Origin: a virus
IMG/VR virus record: IMGVR_UViG_3300014913_001094
Coordinates: 27,454-91,453 of that record
DNA length: 64,000 nucleotides
Reading direction: 5' to 3' (one strand)
In this document: in pieces, positions 8,489-18,790 of the stretch
How positions within the stretch are numbered: position 1 is the first letter of the stretch
Layout: each line of letters begins with the position of its first letter
Made by a program: the position numbers and the translations under genes
The notes under the pieces: model-generated
What the model saw: only the letters and a program-made list of their open reading frames with translations
Database searches by the model: none
Told to the model about the DNA's origin: nothing

Positions 8489-10501
8489 ATGAAGATCTTT
8501 GACATGCTTGTTCATGAAGGACATCAATATGAACTCTGCAAATTGGGTTGTGACTTCACAGTTATGACGGATGAGAGTACAGGTAAGGTTTGGGATACAA
8601 AAATGCGTCCTGTACCATCTAATGTCACTTTTGTTGATAAAGTGGGACTATCTATAAAGACTATTGAGTCACATGATCTTGCAATTATTCGCAATTATAG
8701 ACAATTTAAATTGTTGGAAAATTGTCGCTTACCAAAAATAATTGTGATGCATTGTTCAAGACATGGTCAAGGTAATGTAGAATTTGTACAAGAAGATCTT
8801 TCTAATTATACAATAGTATTTTGTTCTCACAAGGATAAAGAAAGATGGAACCTTGCTTCTGGTAGACAGCATGTTATTTATCCTGGATTAGATCCAAATG
8901 AATGGCCAATTAGTCAAAGAACAACAAACAGAGTGTTTACAGTAGGGAGAATGATAAAAGAGCGGAGTAAGATTTGTGGTTTCAAGATTGTTGAAGAGTT
9001 CCAAAGGAGTAGGATACCAGTTAGTGTAGTTGGAGACAATCCTGCAATACAAGTTCAAGCTCCTGGTAGTTTTGAAGCATTTAAAAGAAATCATGAAAGA
9101 TATGCAGTCTATTTGAATCCAACTCTAAGGTCACCACAACCTCGTGGCCGAGTTGAAGCAATGATGTCAGGAATCCCTATTGTAACAACAGCGTTTTATG
9201 ATGAGTCATCTTTTATTGAGAACGGCATCAATGGTTTTTTCTCAAATAATGCTCAACAGTTAAAAGAATATGCTGTTTTACTGTTAAATGATCGAACCTT
9301 ACAAGAGTCAATGGCAACTAAAAGTAGACAAACAGCAGTAGAGCATTTTCACATTGATAGATTTCTTGGACAATGGAGAGAAATTATTGAAGAGATGGTT
9401 GGAAGTGCAAATATTCCTATCATCAAAGCACGACCAACGAATATATCTATGACAAGAAAAGATAGTAGTGGTGGTGGAGGAACAGTAACATCAAACAATG
9501 TAGTTGAAGGACTAAAGAAAAGCGGATACAATGTAAGCTGCTTAGATATTAACAGCAAAGGATGGGTTTCTTTTGTAAATGATATTAAGCTCCCAGCTAC
9601 TGGCGATAGAATATTCGAGAATTATATTAGACAAAATCCATGCGATGTTTTGATTTTTGATGATGTAGCTCGATATATATTATGTAAAGACTCCATCGAT
9701 CCTCATTGTCGAGTGTTTTTATGTCTTCTTGGTAATCCTCAAGTTCACTCAGAACATTGGGCAAGTTCAGGAGTAAATCTCAATGACCCAGATAATCGTA
9801 TAGAAAGAATTTTATGTAGACCTGTATATGCTAAATTTCTAAAAGTTCAATTTGGAGATGAAAGGGTGATAAGCTGGGTTGGTGGATGTGATGGAGAAGC
9901 GTTGCGTAGAGAATATGGCTCCGCTCAATATAGAAGTCCACAAGATGGAGCACTAGTTATATCAGCTCATAGAGGTACAGATTGGTGGAAAAACCCAACA
10001 ACTTCATTCCTAGCAGCTTATGGGTTATCCAAGACACATCCTGGGTTAATATATTTTAAGCCTAGCGGAAATGAGATGGAAAAGCAATTTCTTAAGCATT
10101 CGCCATTTGATATTCAATATGGTGGAACACGTAGAGAAGGAATGGAAAGAGAAAAGCTTTTAAGAACAATGGCTTGTGCTCAATTAGCAATTGAACCTGG
10201 ATATTCAGAAGGGTTTTCGAGATCTTGTAATGAGATGATGAACTTTGGTATACCAGTAATTCAAGGACCGAATGCACAGCATTTGAGACAAAACGAGCTT
10301 CTCAGTAAATACTTATTGCTTAATGATGGAAGTGATATTCAAGAATTGGTTGAAAAGTCATCAGCTCTTTTGGAAGATAAAGAGCTGTGGGAACAGGTTA
10401 GTGCAGAATGTATTGAGTTTTCTGCACAATATGATATACAACAAGAAGTAGCAACTTTACTTGAGGCTTTAGGAGATGAAGATCATGAAGCTGGCTGCTA
10501 A
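8489..10501 (+). CDS. Tandem GT-B (GT4-like) glycosyltransferase
   Basis: First unit has IYPGLD and VEAMMSGIPIVT..IENGING; second unit has SGGGG and SEGFSRSCNEMMNFGIPVI. Confidence 0.85.
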   Translation: MKIFDMLVHEGHQYELCKLGCDFTVMTDESTGKVWDTKMRPVPSNVTFVDKVGLSIKTIESHDLAIIRNYRQFKLLENCRLPKIIVMHCSRHGQGNVEFVQEDLSNYTIVFCSHKDKERWNLASGRQHVIYPGLDPNEWPISQRTTNRVFTVGRMIKERSKICGFKIVEEFQRSRIPVSVVGDNPAIQVQAPGSFEAFKRNHERYAVYLNPTLRSPQPRGRVEAMMSGIPIVTTAFYDESSFIENGINGFFSNNAQQLKEYAVLLLNDRTLQESMATKSRQTAVEHFHIDRFLGQWREIIEEMVGSANIPIIKARPTNISMTRKDSSGGGGTVTSNNVVEGLKKSGYNVSCLDINSKGWVSFVNDIKLPATGDRIFENYIRQNPCDVLIFDDVARYILCKDSIDPHCRVFLCLLGNPQVHSEHWASSGVNLNDPDNRIERILCRPVYAKFLKVQFGDERVISWVGGCDGEALRREYGSAQYRSPQDGALVISAHRGTDWWKNPTTSFLAAYGLSKTHPGLIYFKPSGNEMEKQFLKHSPFDIQYGGTRREGMEREKLLRTMACAQLAIEPGYSEGFSRSCNEMMNFGIPVIQGPNAQHLRQNELLSKYLLLNDGSDIQELVEKSSALLEDKELWEQVSAECIEFSAQYDIQQEVATLLEALGDEDHEAGC

Positions 10502-11243
10502 GACAGAGCCCAATAAAGAAAAGATGCAAACAATATGGGATGCTGGATTTCGGTATCTTGAAATTTATACAACTGTTCAAAATATCAATAAGGATAGTGA
10601 GGACTTACTTAATTCATTTGAATTTGAATATGCTATACATGCTCCTATCTATTCTTTTGATGAGAGTGTAATTGATTTTGCTCATCATGTTGGAGCACGA
10701 ATTATAAATACACATAAGATTCTTAATCCTGATAGATTTAGAGAATTAGTACAATACGCTAGAGGAAAAAATATAACAATAACAATAGAAAATGATTCAC
10801 TTCCTTCAGCTCATCAAATTAAAGATGGACAGTTGATAGTGATGCCACCAGAGCCCTTTCATGCAGCTTCAGATGGAGAGAGAATAGTACGAGACATATT
10901 AGGAGTAAAGTTGTGCTTAGATATTGAGCACGCTTGGTTAAGAGGAGAATATAGTCAGATTCTTACAGCACACGCTTCACATCACATTAGACATGTTCAT
11001 TTAACGGGCTACATATCATCCAATTCAAAAGGATTTCATAGGCCTGTATATGAGAGTGACTTTTTAGTAGAGAATACAATTCATTACCTAGCACGAGAAA
11101 GCTACGAAGGTTTTGTAGTATGTGAGCACAATGTGCAGTATCATACATTTGAAATATGGAAGAGATCTTTTGATTTTTGTAACGACATTATAGTAGAGAA
11201 AGAAATGCTAAATAGGACCAAATTAGCTAGGAGAACCAAATGA
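10476..11243 (+). CDS. TIM-barrel metalloenzyme (sugar-phosphate isomerase/epimerase, AP-endonuclease-2 family)
   Basis: AIHAP, TIEN, CLDIEHA, HVHL, FHRP, VVCEH metal-ligand pattern; the start may be ATG 10485. Confidence 0.75.
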   Translation: MKIMKLAAKTEPNKEKMQTIWDAGFRYLEIYTTVQNINKDSEDLLNSFEFEYAIHAPIYSFDESVIDFAHHVGARIINTHKILNPDRFRELVQYARGKNITITIENDSLPSAHQIKDGQLIVMPPEPFHAASDGERIVRDILGVKLCLDIEHAWLRGEYSQILTAHASHHIRHVHLTGYISSNSKGFHRPVYESDFLVENTIHYLARESYEGFVVCEHNVQYHTFEIWKRSFDFCNDIIVEKEMLNRTKLARRTK

Positions 11244-13189
11244 ATTTTCGCCTAAAAACAAGTACAAACATTCAACAAGCTATTGGAAGAAGAATGTATC
11301 CAGATCCACATATGGCTATTGTTGAGCTTGTAAGTAATTCTTATGACGCTGATGCCGATAAGGTACATGTTATTGTAACAGCAGATAAGATTATTGTCCA
11401 CGACGATGGTTGGGGCATGACAGAAGATAATCTAGCCGGATTCTTTACGATTGGTAAAAGTTCGAAAGCCCCTTCAGAAAAGGGCAGAGAGCCAATTGGA
11501 ACATTCGGAATTGGTAAATTTGCTATTCTTAGTATGGCAGAGCAGTTCTTAGTATTCTCAAAGTCTGAAACTGGTCCCTACAGAAGCTGTGCATTTTATT
11601 CACACGAAGCAGCAATAGCAGCAGGTGATTTAATCGACGACTATGAGATTGAAGTAAGTACATATTTAACAGAAGAAGAGTATGAAACTGCTCTTGTTGC
11701 AGAGATTGGTACAGAGCTGTATGATGTAAATAAAACTGGCGTTTGCATTATTATGAAGAATCTTCATAGACAATATTCTGATATGGCTATTCGAGAGAGG
11801 CTTTCTGAAATGCTTGTTCCCCAAGCAGAGAGCGAGTTCAGTGTATTTGTTAATGATGAGCTGCTTGAAGAAAAGTATGTTCATGGTCTTCGTTACGATA
11901 TTGATCTTACCACTGAATTTGGTCCAATCACAGGCGAGATTGTCATAGCAGCAGAGAGCATTGATCTTGCAGATCAGGCTGGTGTTCAAATTCAAGTACA
12001 GAGTAGAGGAGTATATAGAACCTATTTTGGACTTGAAGGTTATGATAAGTCGGCAGGTCGTCTTTCAGGATATGTGGTTGCCAATTGGCTTAAGGATGTG
12101 ATCTCTTCTAATAGAACAGATTTGATTGCCTCTCCAGAAAAAACAGCATTTGAAGCTGCTGTTACAGAAGCTATTCGTTCCATCCTCGACGTTGAAGCTC
12201 AGAAGAGAGCAGCAGAAGACGAAGAACGAAAAGCAGAAGTTCTTAATAGAGCTGTTAGAACAGTAACAAATATTTTAAACAAGCTTCCAGAGTTTGATTT
12301 TCCACAGAGACCTATGCAGTCAATGATTCCTGTAGGGATTCTCGAAGATGTTCTCGCCGGTAAAGATCCAGCAGGAGAAATAAATGAAGATGGAAGTATG
12401 GAAGCAACAGTATCTGCTGCTTCAGGTGCTTTTAAGGAATTGTTAAAATATCTAAGAGAAATAGCACCACAATTCAATGTTGATCCTTCTGATGTTCCTA
12501 CTGAAGTTCGTACCATCTCTGAATTGCTCGATGTAGTTGAGAAGGTACTTGGAGTATCGCTGGTTGAACTAATTGGAAAAGAAGCTCTTGAGCAATTAAT
12601 TAGTGCAGCTATCCCAGAAGCAGAAATGGAAGATGAAGAAAGAATTAGAGGTGCATTTAGATTAGTTAGTCAAAGAATTGAGCAGCTAATAAGAGAAATT
12701 ACAGCACAAGAAGATATGCCAACAGAATGTGCCCAACCAGCAGAAGGTGTTTCTTTACGTACTCCTATTACCAATTCGTTGGAGCTAGGTAAGATTAATC
12801 TTACTCCTATTGCTCCTCCACTTGACTTTTCTTCTTTAGATCTCAATATTAATCCTCAAGAAGACGGATATGTTCCAGATGCACCACAAGCACAAATAAA
12901 CAACTTTGTTGCTGCTAGTGTTGAGCATCTTGGAGAAGATGGTCCCGCAAGCATGGTAGCTGAGGGAGCAGGTTTCGACGGTATTCAAATTTACATTAAT
13001 GCAGATCATCCAGTATATCAAGGTATCAAAGAGGATTCCCCAAGTATGCTTGCTTTTTATCAAGCACAGTTAATTTTTGGTGAGGTTATTTTAATGCAGA
13101 ACTTTACACCAAGAGAGGCAATGGATAAACAAGCAGAACTCATGAGATTACTTGTCAATACTGACAGAAAGATTCTTAAATTTAAATAA
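11240..13189 (+). CDS. GHKL ATPase (MORC/Hsp90-like)
   Basis: YPDPHMAIVELVSNSYDADA (N box), DDGWGMT (G1), GTFGIGKFA (G2), TG; S5-like region with SSNR; C-terminal IYINADHP. Confidence 0.85.
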   Translation: MNFRLKTSTNIQQAIGRRMYPDPHMAIVELVSNSYDADADKVHVIVTADKIIVHDDGWGMTEDNLAGFFTIGKSSKAPSEKGREPIGTFGIGKFAILSMAEQFLVFSKSETGPYRSCAFYSHEAAIAAGDLIDDYEIEVSTYLTEEEYETALVAEIGTELYDVNKTGVCIIMKNLHRQYSDMAIRERLSEMLVPQAESEFSVFVNDELLEEKYVHGLRYDIDLTTEFGPITGEIVIAAESIDLADQAGVQIQVQSRGVYRTYFGLEGYDKSAGRLSGYVVANWLKDVISSNRTDLIASPEKTAFEAAVTEAIRSILDVEAQKRAAEDEERKAEVLNRAVRTVTNILNKLPEFDFPQRPMQSMIPVGILEDVLAGKDPAGEINEDGSMEATVSAASGAFKELLKYLREIAPQFNVDPSDVPTEVRTISELLDVVEKVLGVSLVELIGKEALEQLISAAIPEAEMEDEERIRGAFRLVSQRIEQLIREITAQEDMPTECAQPAEGVSLRTPITNSLELGKINLTPIAPPLDFSSLDLNINPQEDGYVPDAPQAQINNFVAASVEHLGEDGPASMVAEGAGFDGIQIYINADHPVYQGIKEDSPSMLAFYQAQLIFGEVILMQNFTPREAMDKQAELMRLLVNTDRKILKFK

Positions 13190-13198
13190 GGAGTAGAA

Positions 13199-13438
13199 AT
13201 GGTAACAGTAACAAACAGTGCTGAGTTAAATGCAGCAATTGCAGCAACAGAAGCACAGATTGTGTGTGAGACAGGTACGTATGTGGTATCTGCTGTACCA
13301 ACATACAATTGCTTGCTCACTATGAGAGTTGGGGCAATTCTAACAGGTGCAATTGAGAATTTTTGTTTAGGACATCCTGGCGCAATGGCTCATCTTGTGT
13401 ACGAAGGTGCGACAATTCCAGAAGATTATAATCCGTAG
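13199..13438 (+). CDS. Small hypothetical protein
   Basis: RBS AAGGAG; VTNSAELNAAI..GTY resembles the N-cap of beta-helix proteins. Confidence 0.55.
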   Translation: MVTVTNSAELNAAIAATEAQIVCETGTYVVSAVPTYNCLLTMRVGAILTGAIENFCLGHPGAMAHLVYEGATIPEDYNP

Positions 13439-13451
13439 GAGGATATAGATC

Positions 13452-14336
13452 ATGGCATTAGAAACTAATTTAGTATCATATTGGAAAATGGATGAAACAT
13501 CTGGAACAAGATCTGACTCAAAAGGGTCAAATGATCTTACAGCAAGTGGCGTTGACTACGACACAGGTCAGTTCAATAATGCAGCAGATTTTAATGACCT
13601 TTCAGATTATTTAACAATAGCCGATGGTAGTCAAAGTGGTCTTGACGGTTCTCTTGACTTTTCATTCTCTCTTTGGGTAAATTGGCGAGGTGTGAGTTCA
13701 AGTGGAGATAATCAGTTTATAGCTAAACACTCTAGCCCCTTCCATTCTACTAGTCCAAATTACGACCTTGCGGCCCGTCTAACTTCAGGTCGTCTGATAC
13801 TCTCTTCCACCATGACTGGAGGGAGTACTGCTTCTCTTACTGGTGGCTTTTGGACATTTTCCACAGATACATGGCATCACATTGTTGTGACAAGAGCAAA
13901 TTCTGGTAATTTGACTTTGTATCTTAATAATGTTTTATATTTTCAGACTGCTTCAGGTGGAGGAACAAGTCACGACAGCGACCGGCCATTCTATATTGGC
14001 AACCGTTACAACCCTACTCCAAGTGAAGGTGCTGATGCGCTAATTGATGAAGTTGGTTTCTGGAGTCGCGAATTGACGACTGATGAAGTTGAAGAGCTAC
14101 ATAACTCTGGTAGTGGTCTCCAATTTGATAATGAAAAGCCTGGCGAATTTGACGATATTCCTCCAATTTGTTGGAACTACACAGCACAATACAAAGGCTC
14201 TACCAAAATGTTCAAAATGTCTGGTCCTGGCGACTTCCCAAAAAGAATCAGTATCCCAGGTAATATAGATACATCAACCGGTAAAATGATTGATGATGGT
14301 CAAGAAATTGACCCTTCAAATTACGAAGTAGAGTGA
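13452..14336 (+). CDS. LamG/concanavalin A-like lectin-domain protein
   Basis: LVSYWKMDE, FSFSLWV, WHHIVVT, LYLNN, IG, IDEVGFWSRELT..EV. Confidence 0.9.
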   Translation: MALETNLVSYWKMDETSGTRSDSKGSNDLTASGVDYDTGQFNNAADFNDLSDYLTIADGSQSGLDGSLDFSFSLWVNWRGVSSSGDNQFIAKHSSPFHSTSPNYDLAARLTSGRLILSSTMTGGSTASLTGGFWTFSTDTWHHIVVTRANSGNLTLYLNNVLYFQTASGGGTSHDSDRPFYIGNRYNPTPSEGADALIDEVGFWSRELTTDEVEELHNSGSGLQFDNEKPGEFDDIPPICWNYTAQYKGSTKMFKMSGPGDFPKRISIPGNIDTSTGKMIDDGQEIDPSNYEVE

Positions 14337-14352
14337 GTAAAAAGGAAAGAAA

Positions 14353-15804
14353 ATGAAAGTAGTAACTCGATTTGCACCCACAATTAGTGGAGACCTACAT
14401 ATTGGTGGTTTGTATAATGCTCTTGTAAATTATTTGTTTGCTAAAAGGTATGATGGTGATTTTAAGCTTCGACTCGATGGAATATTTACCAACGATGACA
14501 GGCTACAATGGCAAAAGAGTCTTGAAGAGGATCTAATAACCTTTGGTTTAATTCCAGACGAGGTTCTTAGGTGCTCTGATAGACTTGAATATTACAAGAC
14601 AACAGCAACAAGCATGCTTTTGGATCACCCAAGATCATACTACTGCGACTGTACAGTGCAAGATTTATTGAAGCGTGCTGATAAAAGTGATGTAGGATTT
14701 TATCATTTATATCGTCCAGAAAAGTATCCGCCATATTGTAAGATAGCGCAAATCAAGTTATTTGGTTTAGAAAATGACAACAATATTGCAGTAGGATGTG
14801 GAGTTAAATCAGGCACTACATCGCAGAATAGTTCTATTGAATGTCTAACAGGACATACTGCAAATAAGAATAAGTATTGGGAGCCAGTAGATTCAGGTTA
14901 TGCATTTCATCCAATGAAGCCTGAAGTGACTATTCACTTCAAAGAGGCAACAGATGTGAGTGGAATCGAAATTGTATGGCGAGATAGACCAATTCAAGAA
15001 TACAAAGTAGAAGTGTGTACAGAAGGTAAAGGGAGTCAGGAAGTTGTTCACTGCAGTAAACCAGGAAGGCATTTTGTAGACCATAAACCAGGCCAACCTT
15101 ATCCTACTTTAACAAGTGATAAGCAAAGCTTTGCTGCAGTTAAGGGTACATATGTGAGGATAACTTTTATTGGATGTCCTCGACCTGTAGATCGACCATA
15201 TTTTTATGATTATCATTGTCGTGATCTTGGTAAGTCTTTAGATCTTACCGAGCGCGATGCAACAATGAGAATGAAAAATAAAGATTGGTATGAGGGTGGC
15301 TACAGTGGTCCAGTAGACTTTTTGACTCAAGAGTCAACCATTCAGCCCGAAGATCTTAATGTTGATACCTGTTGGTGGTTTGGACGAGCACCAGATTTAG
15401 TTTTTACAAGCCCGCTTGACGATCATGACCTTGGAGTTACACATTTGCTGAGAGGTGAAGATATTCAACCTTTTAGTGTGATAGAGTCACAAATTGCAGA
15501 AGCAATGGGAATGTTGGTAAAACCCCAGCTCTACCATGGAATGATAATAGATACAAGCGGATATAAGTACAGTAAGTTTGTTGAGAGTACACCAGTGAGA
15601 CAACATTTAAAAGACGGAATAACCGCTGATATGATCTTAACCTATCTTGCACACAGAACAGGATTAGTTGAAAGTCTTGATAAGATTATGACGCCCAAAC
15701 AGCTGGTACAGTGCTTTGAGGCAAGTAGTATTTTGACTCAAAATATTGTGATTGATGAAGAAATCATGATTGAAGTGATCAAAGAGAGATTTATAAGGAG
15801 CTAA
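14353..15804 (+). CDS. Class I glutamyl-tRNA-synthetase-like (GluQ-like) enzyme with inserted discoidin/F5-8C-like domain; no anticodon-binding domain
   Basis: TRFAPT.SG.LHIGG, YYCDCT, YDYHCR, DDHDLGVTHLLRGED, GYKYSK (KMSKS equivalent). Insert at about aa 128-275 has NIA.G, YW, IEIVW, YKVEV, YVRITF. Confidence 0.85.
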   Translation: MKVVTRFAPTISGDLHIGGLYNALVNYLFAKRYDGDFKLRLDGIFTNDDRLQWQKSLEEDLITFGLIPDEVLRCSDRLEYYKTTATSMLLDHPRSYYCDCTVQDLLKRADKSDVGFYHLYRPEKYPPYCKIAQIKLFGLENDNNIAVGCGVKSGTTSQNSSIECLTGHTANKNKYWEPVDSGYAFHPMKPEVTIHFKEATDVSGIEIVWRDRPIQEYKVEVCTEGKGSQEVVHCSKPGRHFVDHKPGQPYPTLTSDKQSFAAVKGTYVRITFIGCPRPVDRPYFYDYHCRDLGKSLDLTERDATMRMKNKDWYEGGYSGPVDFLTQESTIQPEDLNVDTCWWFGRAPDLVFTSPLDDHDLGVTHLLRGEDIQPFSVIESQIAEAMGMLVKPQLYHGMIIDTSGYKYSKFVESTPVRQHLKDGITADMILTYLAHRTGLVESLDKIMTPKQLVQCFEASSILTQNIVIDEEIMIEVIKERFIRS

Positions 15805-15807
15805 AAA

Positions 15808-17448
15808 ATGGCCAGTACACCTACCGATAATTTCGGTTATGACAAGCCAGCAGCTGGTGACAGAGGCTGGGGTACAACAATGAATACCAATCTTACCAAT
15901 CTCGATGTTCATCTTGCAGCTGAACATCGCAGTAGTTCAGGTAATGAAGGTAAGCATGGTCCCAATCTTACAATTCTTAATTCAAACTCAACTCCAGCTC
16001 TTGATATCACTCAGAGTGCAGGATCTGCAGTAGCAGTTAATATTACTAATTCGACAACAACTGCGGGTGATATGCTTTCCATTAATTGCAACTCGAGCAC
16101 TGGCAGCGCCGTATCAGTCACCTCAACTCATACTAATAATTATGTCACTTTGATTGATATTGATGACAGCTCTACAAATTCCGGTGGCTGCACTTTTAGT
16201 GTAAAGAGTGCAAGGAAAGTCGGTGCTGGGGGTGCTAAGTTTGAGAACACATCTACTCACTCAAACAGTTCTTCATTGGCAGTATCAAAGGCTGCAGGAA
16301 CAAGTGGTAGGGTTCTCAAGGTCACCAACGATGGTAATGGTATAGGAATAGATATAAATCATTCTAGCGATGGTGTTATTATAGATATTGATTGCACAAA
16401 CGCTGGTTCTGGTATTATGACCATCAATCAATCAGGAGCAAGTGGTGGTGCAGGCATCACAATGACAACAATATGTAATCAGGAGGCTCTAGGAATAACT
16501 GCAAATGGTACTCACAGTAATGCTCACGGCATTGAGCTCACCAATAGTGGTGGTGGCAAGGTCTTGTGGCTCAAACAGTATGCATCTGGCATTGGAATAG
16601 ATTTAGATTACAATCACACCACTAGTGGCAATGCAGCAATTGATATTGATACATCAAACCCTGCCAATGTTATTGATATTAACAAAACTCATACAGGTAG
16701 TGGAAGTCCGATCAGTATCAACAACTCTGGTACAGGTGTTGGTATTTATGCACAACAAGTTGGTACAGGATATGGTCTACAAATTAGAAAGACAGCAACC
16801 TCTGGAACGACAGCACTTCTTGAATGTACCTCTACGGCTAATACGAGCACTCTCTTGTCAATAAGTCACAGTGGTACTGGGAATGCAATAACAGTCAGTC
16901 CTTTGAGCTCAGGTAAAGGTATTTTTGTCAACAAGACGACAGTAGCCGCTGGAGCTTGTATTGATATTATGAACTCTGGAACTGGTCATAGTATTAATAT
17001 TACACAAAATGGTGATCAAATACCAATAAGAGTTTCAATGGCAAGTGGCAACACTTATGCTGCCATTTACGTTACAAATTCTGGTTCTGGACATCACTTT
17101 GATACTGATGCTGGTTCAGGTACCGCAGCTCATTTAACAAATGGTGGTGTTTGGACTGATGCGTCTTGCTTTAGAGAGTTTAAAGAAGAGATTGAAGAAC
17201 TAGATGCTGAGGCACTAACTGACGTATTAGATAGGGTTAGTGAGATGCCAGTTGCTCGTTATTATGATAAGGCAGATAAGGCTAAAGTACGTCGTCGTCG
17301 TTTTGGTCCATTCCAAGATGAATTGGTTGATCGGTTTGGTCTTGATCCTCGTGGAGTCAGTCCAGTAGAAGTAGCCACAATTGCACTTGCTGCAGTTAAA
17401 GCTCTTAAAGCCGAGATGAATGATCTTAAAAAGCAGTTAGGTCAATAA
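15808..17448 (+). CDS. Fibre/spike protein: beta-solenoid with C-terminal intramolecular chaperone (peptidase S74-like)
   Basis: N-terminal T.NFGYDKP..G..GWG..MN.N..LD attachment motif; (I/V)xIxNSGxG repeats; C-terminal S..REFKEEI..VSEMPV..Y..FGP..EL..LAAVKAL coiled coil. Confidence 0.8.
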   Translation: MASTPTDNFGYDKPAAGDRGWGTTMNTNLTNLDVHLAAEHRSSSGNEGKHGPNLTILNSNSTPALDITQSAGSAVAVNITNSTTTAGDMLSINCNSSTGSAVSVTSTHTNNYVTLIDIDDSSTNSGGCTFSVKSARKVGAGGAKFENTSTHSNSSSLAVSKAAGTSGRVLKVTNDGNGIGIDINHSSDGVIIDIDCTNAGSGIMTINQSGASGGAGITMTTICNQEALGITANGTHSNAHGIELTNSGGGKVLWLKQYASGIGIDLDYNHTTSGNAAIDIDTSNPANVIDINKTHTGSGSPISINNSGTGVGIYAQQVGTGYGLQIRKTATSGTTALLECTSTANTSTLLSISHSGTGNAITVSPLSSGKGIFVNKTTVAAGACIDIMNSGTGHSINITQNGDQIPIRVSMASGNTYAAIYVTNSGSGHHFDTDAGSGTAAHLTNGGVWTDASCFREFKEEIEELDAEALTDVLDRVSEMPVARYYDKADKAKVRRRRFGPFQDELVDRFGLDPRGVSPVEVATIALAAVKALKAEMNDLKKQLGQ

Positions 17449-17449
17449 T

Positions 17450-18790
17450 ATGGTTCTTTGGAATGAGTCAGGTTGGGATGCCGCAAGGTGGGATCTAGGC
17501 GGAAGTGAATTAGCTTCTGACTGGTTTCAGATTGCATATGACGGCGACACAGAGATAGCTGGCATTCTAAGTATTATTGAGTTTGATGGCGATTTGTATG
17601 CTGGTACTAGCGATGGTAGAGTTATAACATCAGTAAATGGTACAACATGGTCTCTTGCTTATGATTCGCTAGAAGATGAGATGCATGGTCTTGCACTCTT
17701 CGGCGGTGACTTATATGCTATAACAGGAAACAATGGAAGAGTACTAAAGACCACTGATGGTTCTTCCTGGACTCTTGCTTACGACTCTCCACAGACAGAT
17801 TTATTTGCAATTCAAGAATTCAGTAGCTATTTATATGTGGGTGGCGACAATGGAGTAATCTACAGAAGTAGCGATGGTGCTACCTGGACTCTTGCTTACG
17901 ATTCTCCACAAACTACCATTCATGATTTTGGAGATTTCAATGGCTCCCTATTTGCCGCAACAGGAACTAATGGGGTGATTTATTCTAGTGCAGACGGAAC
18001 AACATGGTCTCTCGCTTATGACTCTCCGCAAACTGGAATTTTATCATTAGCATCTTTAGATCCTTCTTTAGATCCTTATGTTGACGATACACTCTTTGCT
18101 GGAGTTGATACGTCGTTCTTAATCTATAAGACTACTGATGGTACAACGTGGGAAGTTGCATATGATGGACCAGACGGTGCTGGTGGCGTTAATAGTATGT
18201 ATGCAACTGATGCAATGATATTTGCTGGCTCTGATACAGATGGATCATTATTTAAAAGCGACGATGGTCTCACTTGGTTCATGAGCTATGACTCACCAGC
18301 AGGTTCAATCAATGCAATGGCTCCATGGTCTAGCAATTGTAATCTATATTTAGGTGCTGATGAATTTGTATATAGTATGGATAATCTTCCGCAGATATCT
18401 CTTGCTGATACATGTCCTGATATTACTGCACCAGATGGTGGAGAGACAATAACAGTTGATACCTTTACGGTTCAATGGAGTGTAGAAGATGATACAAATC
18501 TCGTTTTTGATGTTGAGTATTCAAGAAATTGGTCAACGAATAGAGATTGGGAGACTGCAGTAGATGATACTGGAGGAGATCCAGGACATACAGGAGCGCC
18601 TCTCACAGGAATACCAGGAGATCCAAATGGTAACTACCTAGAGGCTGATTGGAATGTTTTACCAATTGTTGACAGTACAGATATGAAAATTAGGATTAGA
18701 GCGAGAGATACCAGTGCTTCTGGATGTGCACGAATAGGATCTTGGAACGAATCAGAAGATATATTCGAACTTAATAATGGACCTTGTTAG
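17450..18790 (+). CDS. Asp-box (BNR-type) beta-propeller protein, about 7 blades, with C-terminal Ig/Fn3-like domain
   Basis: Six S/T-x-(D/N)-G-x-(T/S)-W-x-x-x-YD repeats plus an N-terminal WFQIAYD; then PDGGE..VQW..IRIRA. Confidence 0.85.
   Translation: MVLWNESGWDAARWDLGGSELASDWFQIAYDGDTEIAGILSIIEFDGDLYAGTSDGRVITSVNGTTWSLAYDSLEDEMHGLALFGGDLYAITGNNGRVLKTTDGSSWTLAYDSPQTDLFAIQEFSSYLYVGGDNGVIYRSSDGATWTLAYDSPQTTIHDFGDFNGSLFAATGTNGVIYSSADGTTWSLAYDSPQTGILSLASLDPSLDPYVDDTLFAGVDTSFLIYKTTDGTTWEVAYDGPDGAGGVNSMYATDAMIFAGSDTDGSLFKSDDGLTWFMSYDSPAGSINAMAPWSSNCNLYLGADEFVYSMDNLPQISLADTCPDITAPDGGETITVDTFTVQWSVEDDTNLVFDVEYSRNWSTNRDWETAVDDTGGDPGHTGAPLTGIPGDPNGNYLEADWNVLPIVDSTDMKIRIRARDTSASGCARIGSWNESEDIFELNNGPC

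Noticed and set aside
14353-15804. Canonical gltX
   Set aside because: No anticodon-binding domain, diverged substrate motifs and a large foreign insert.
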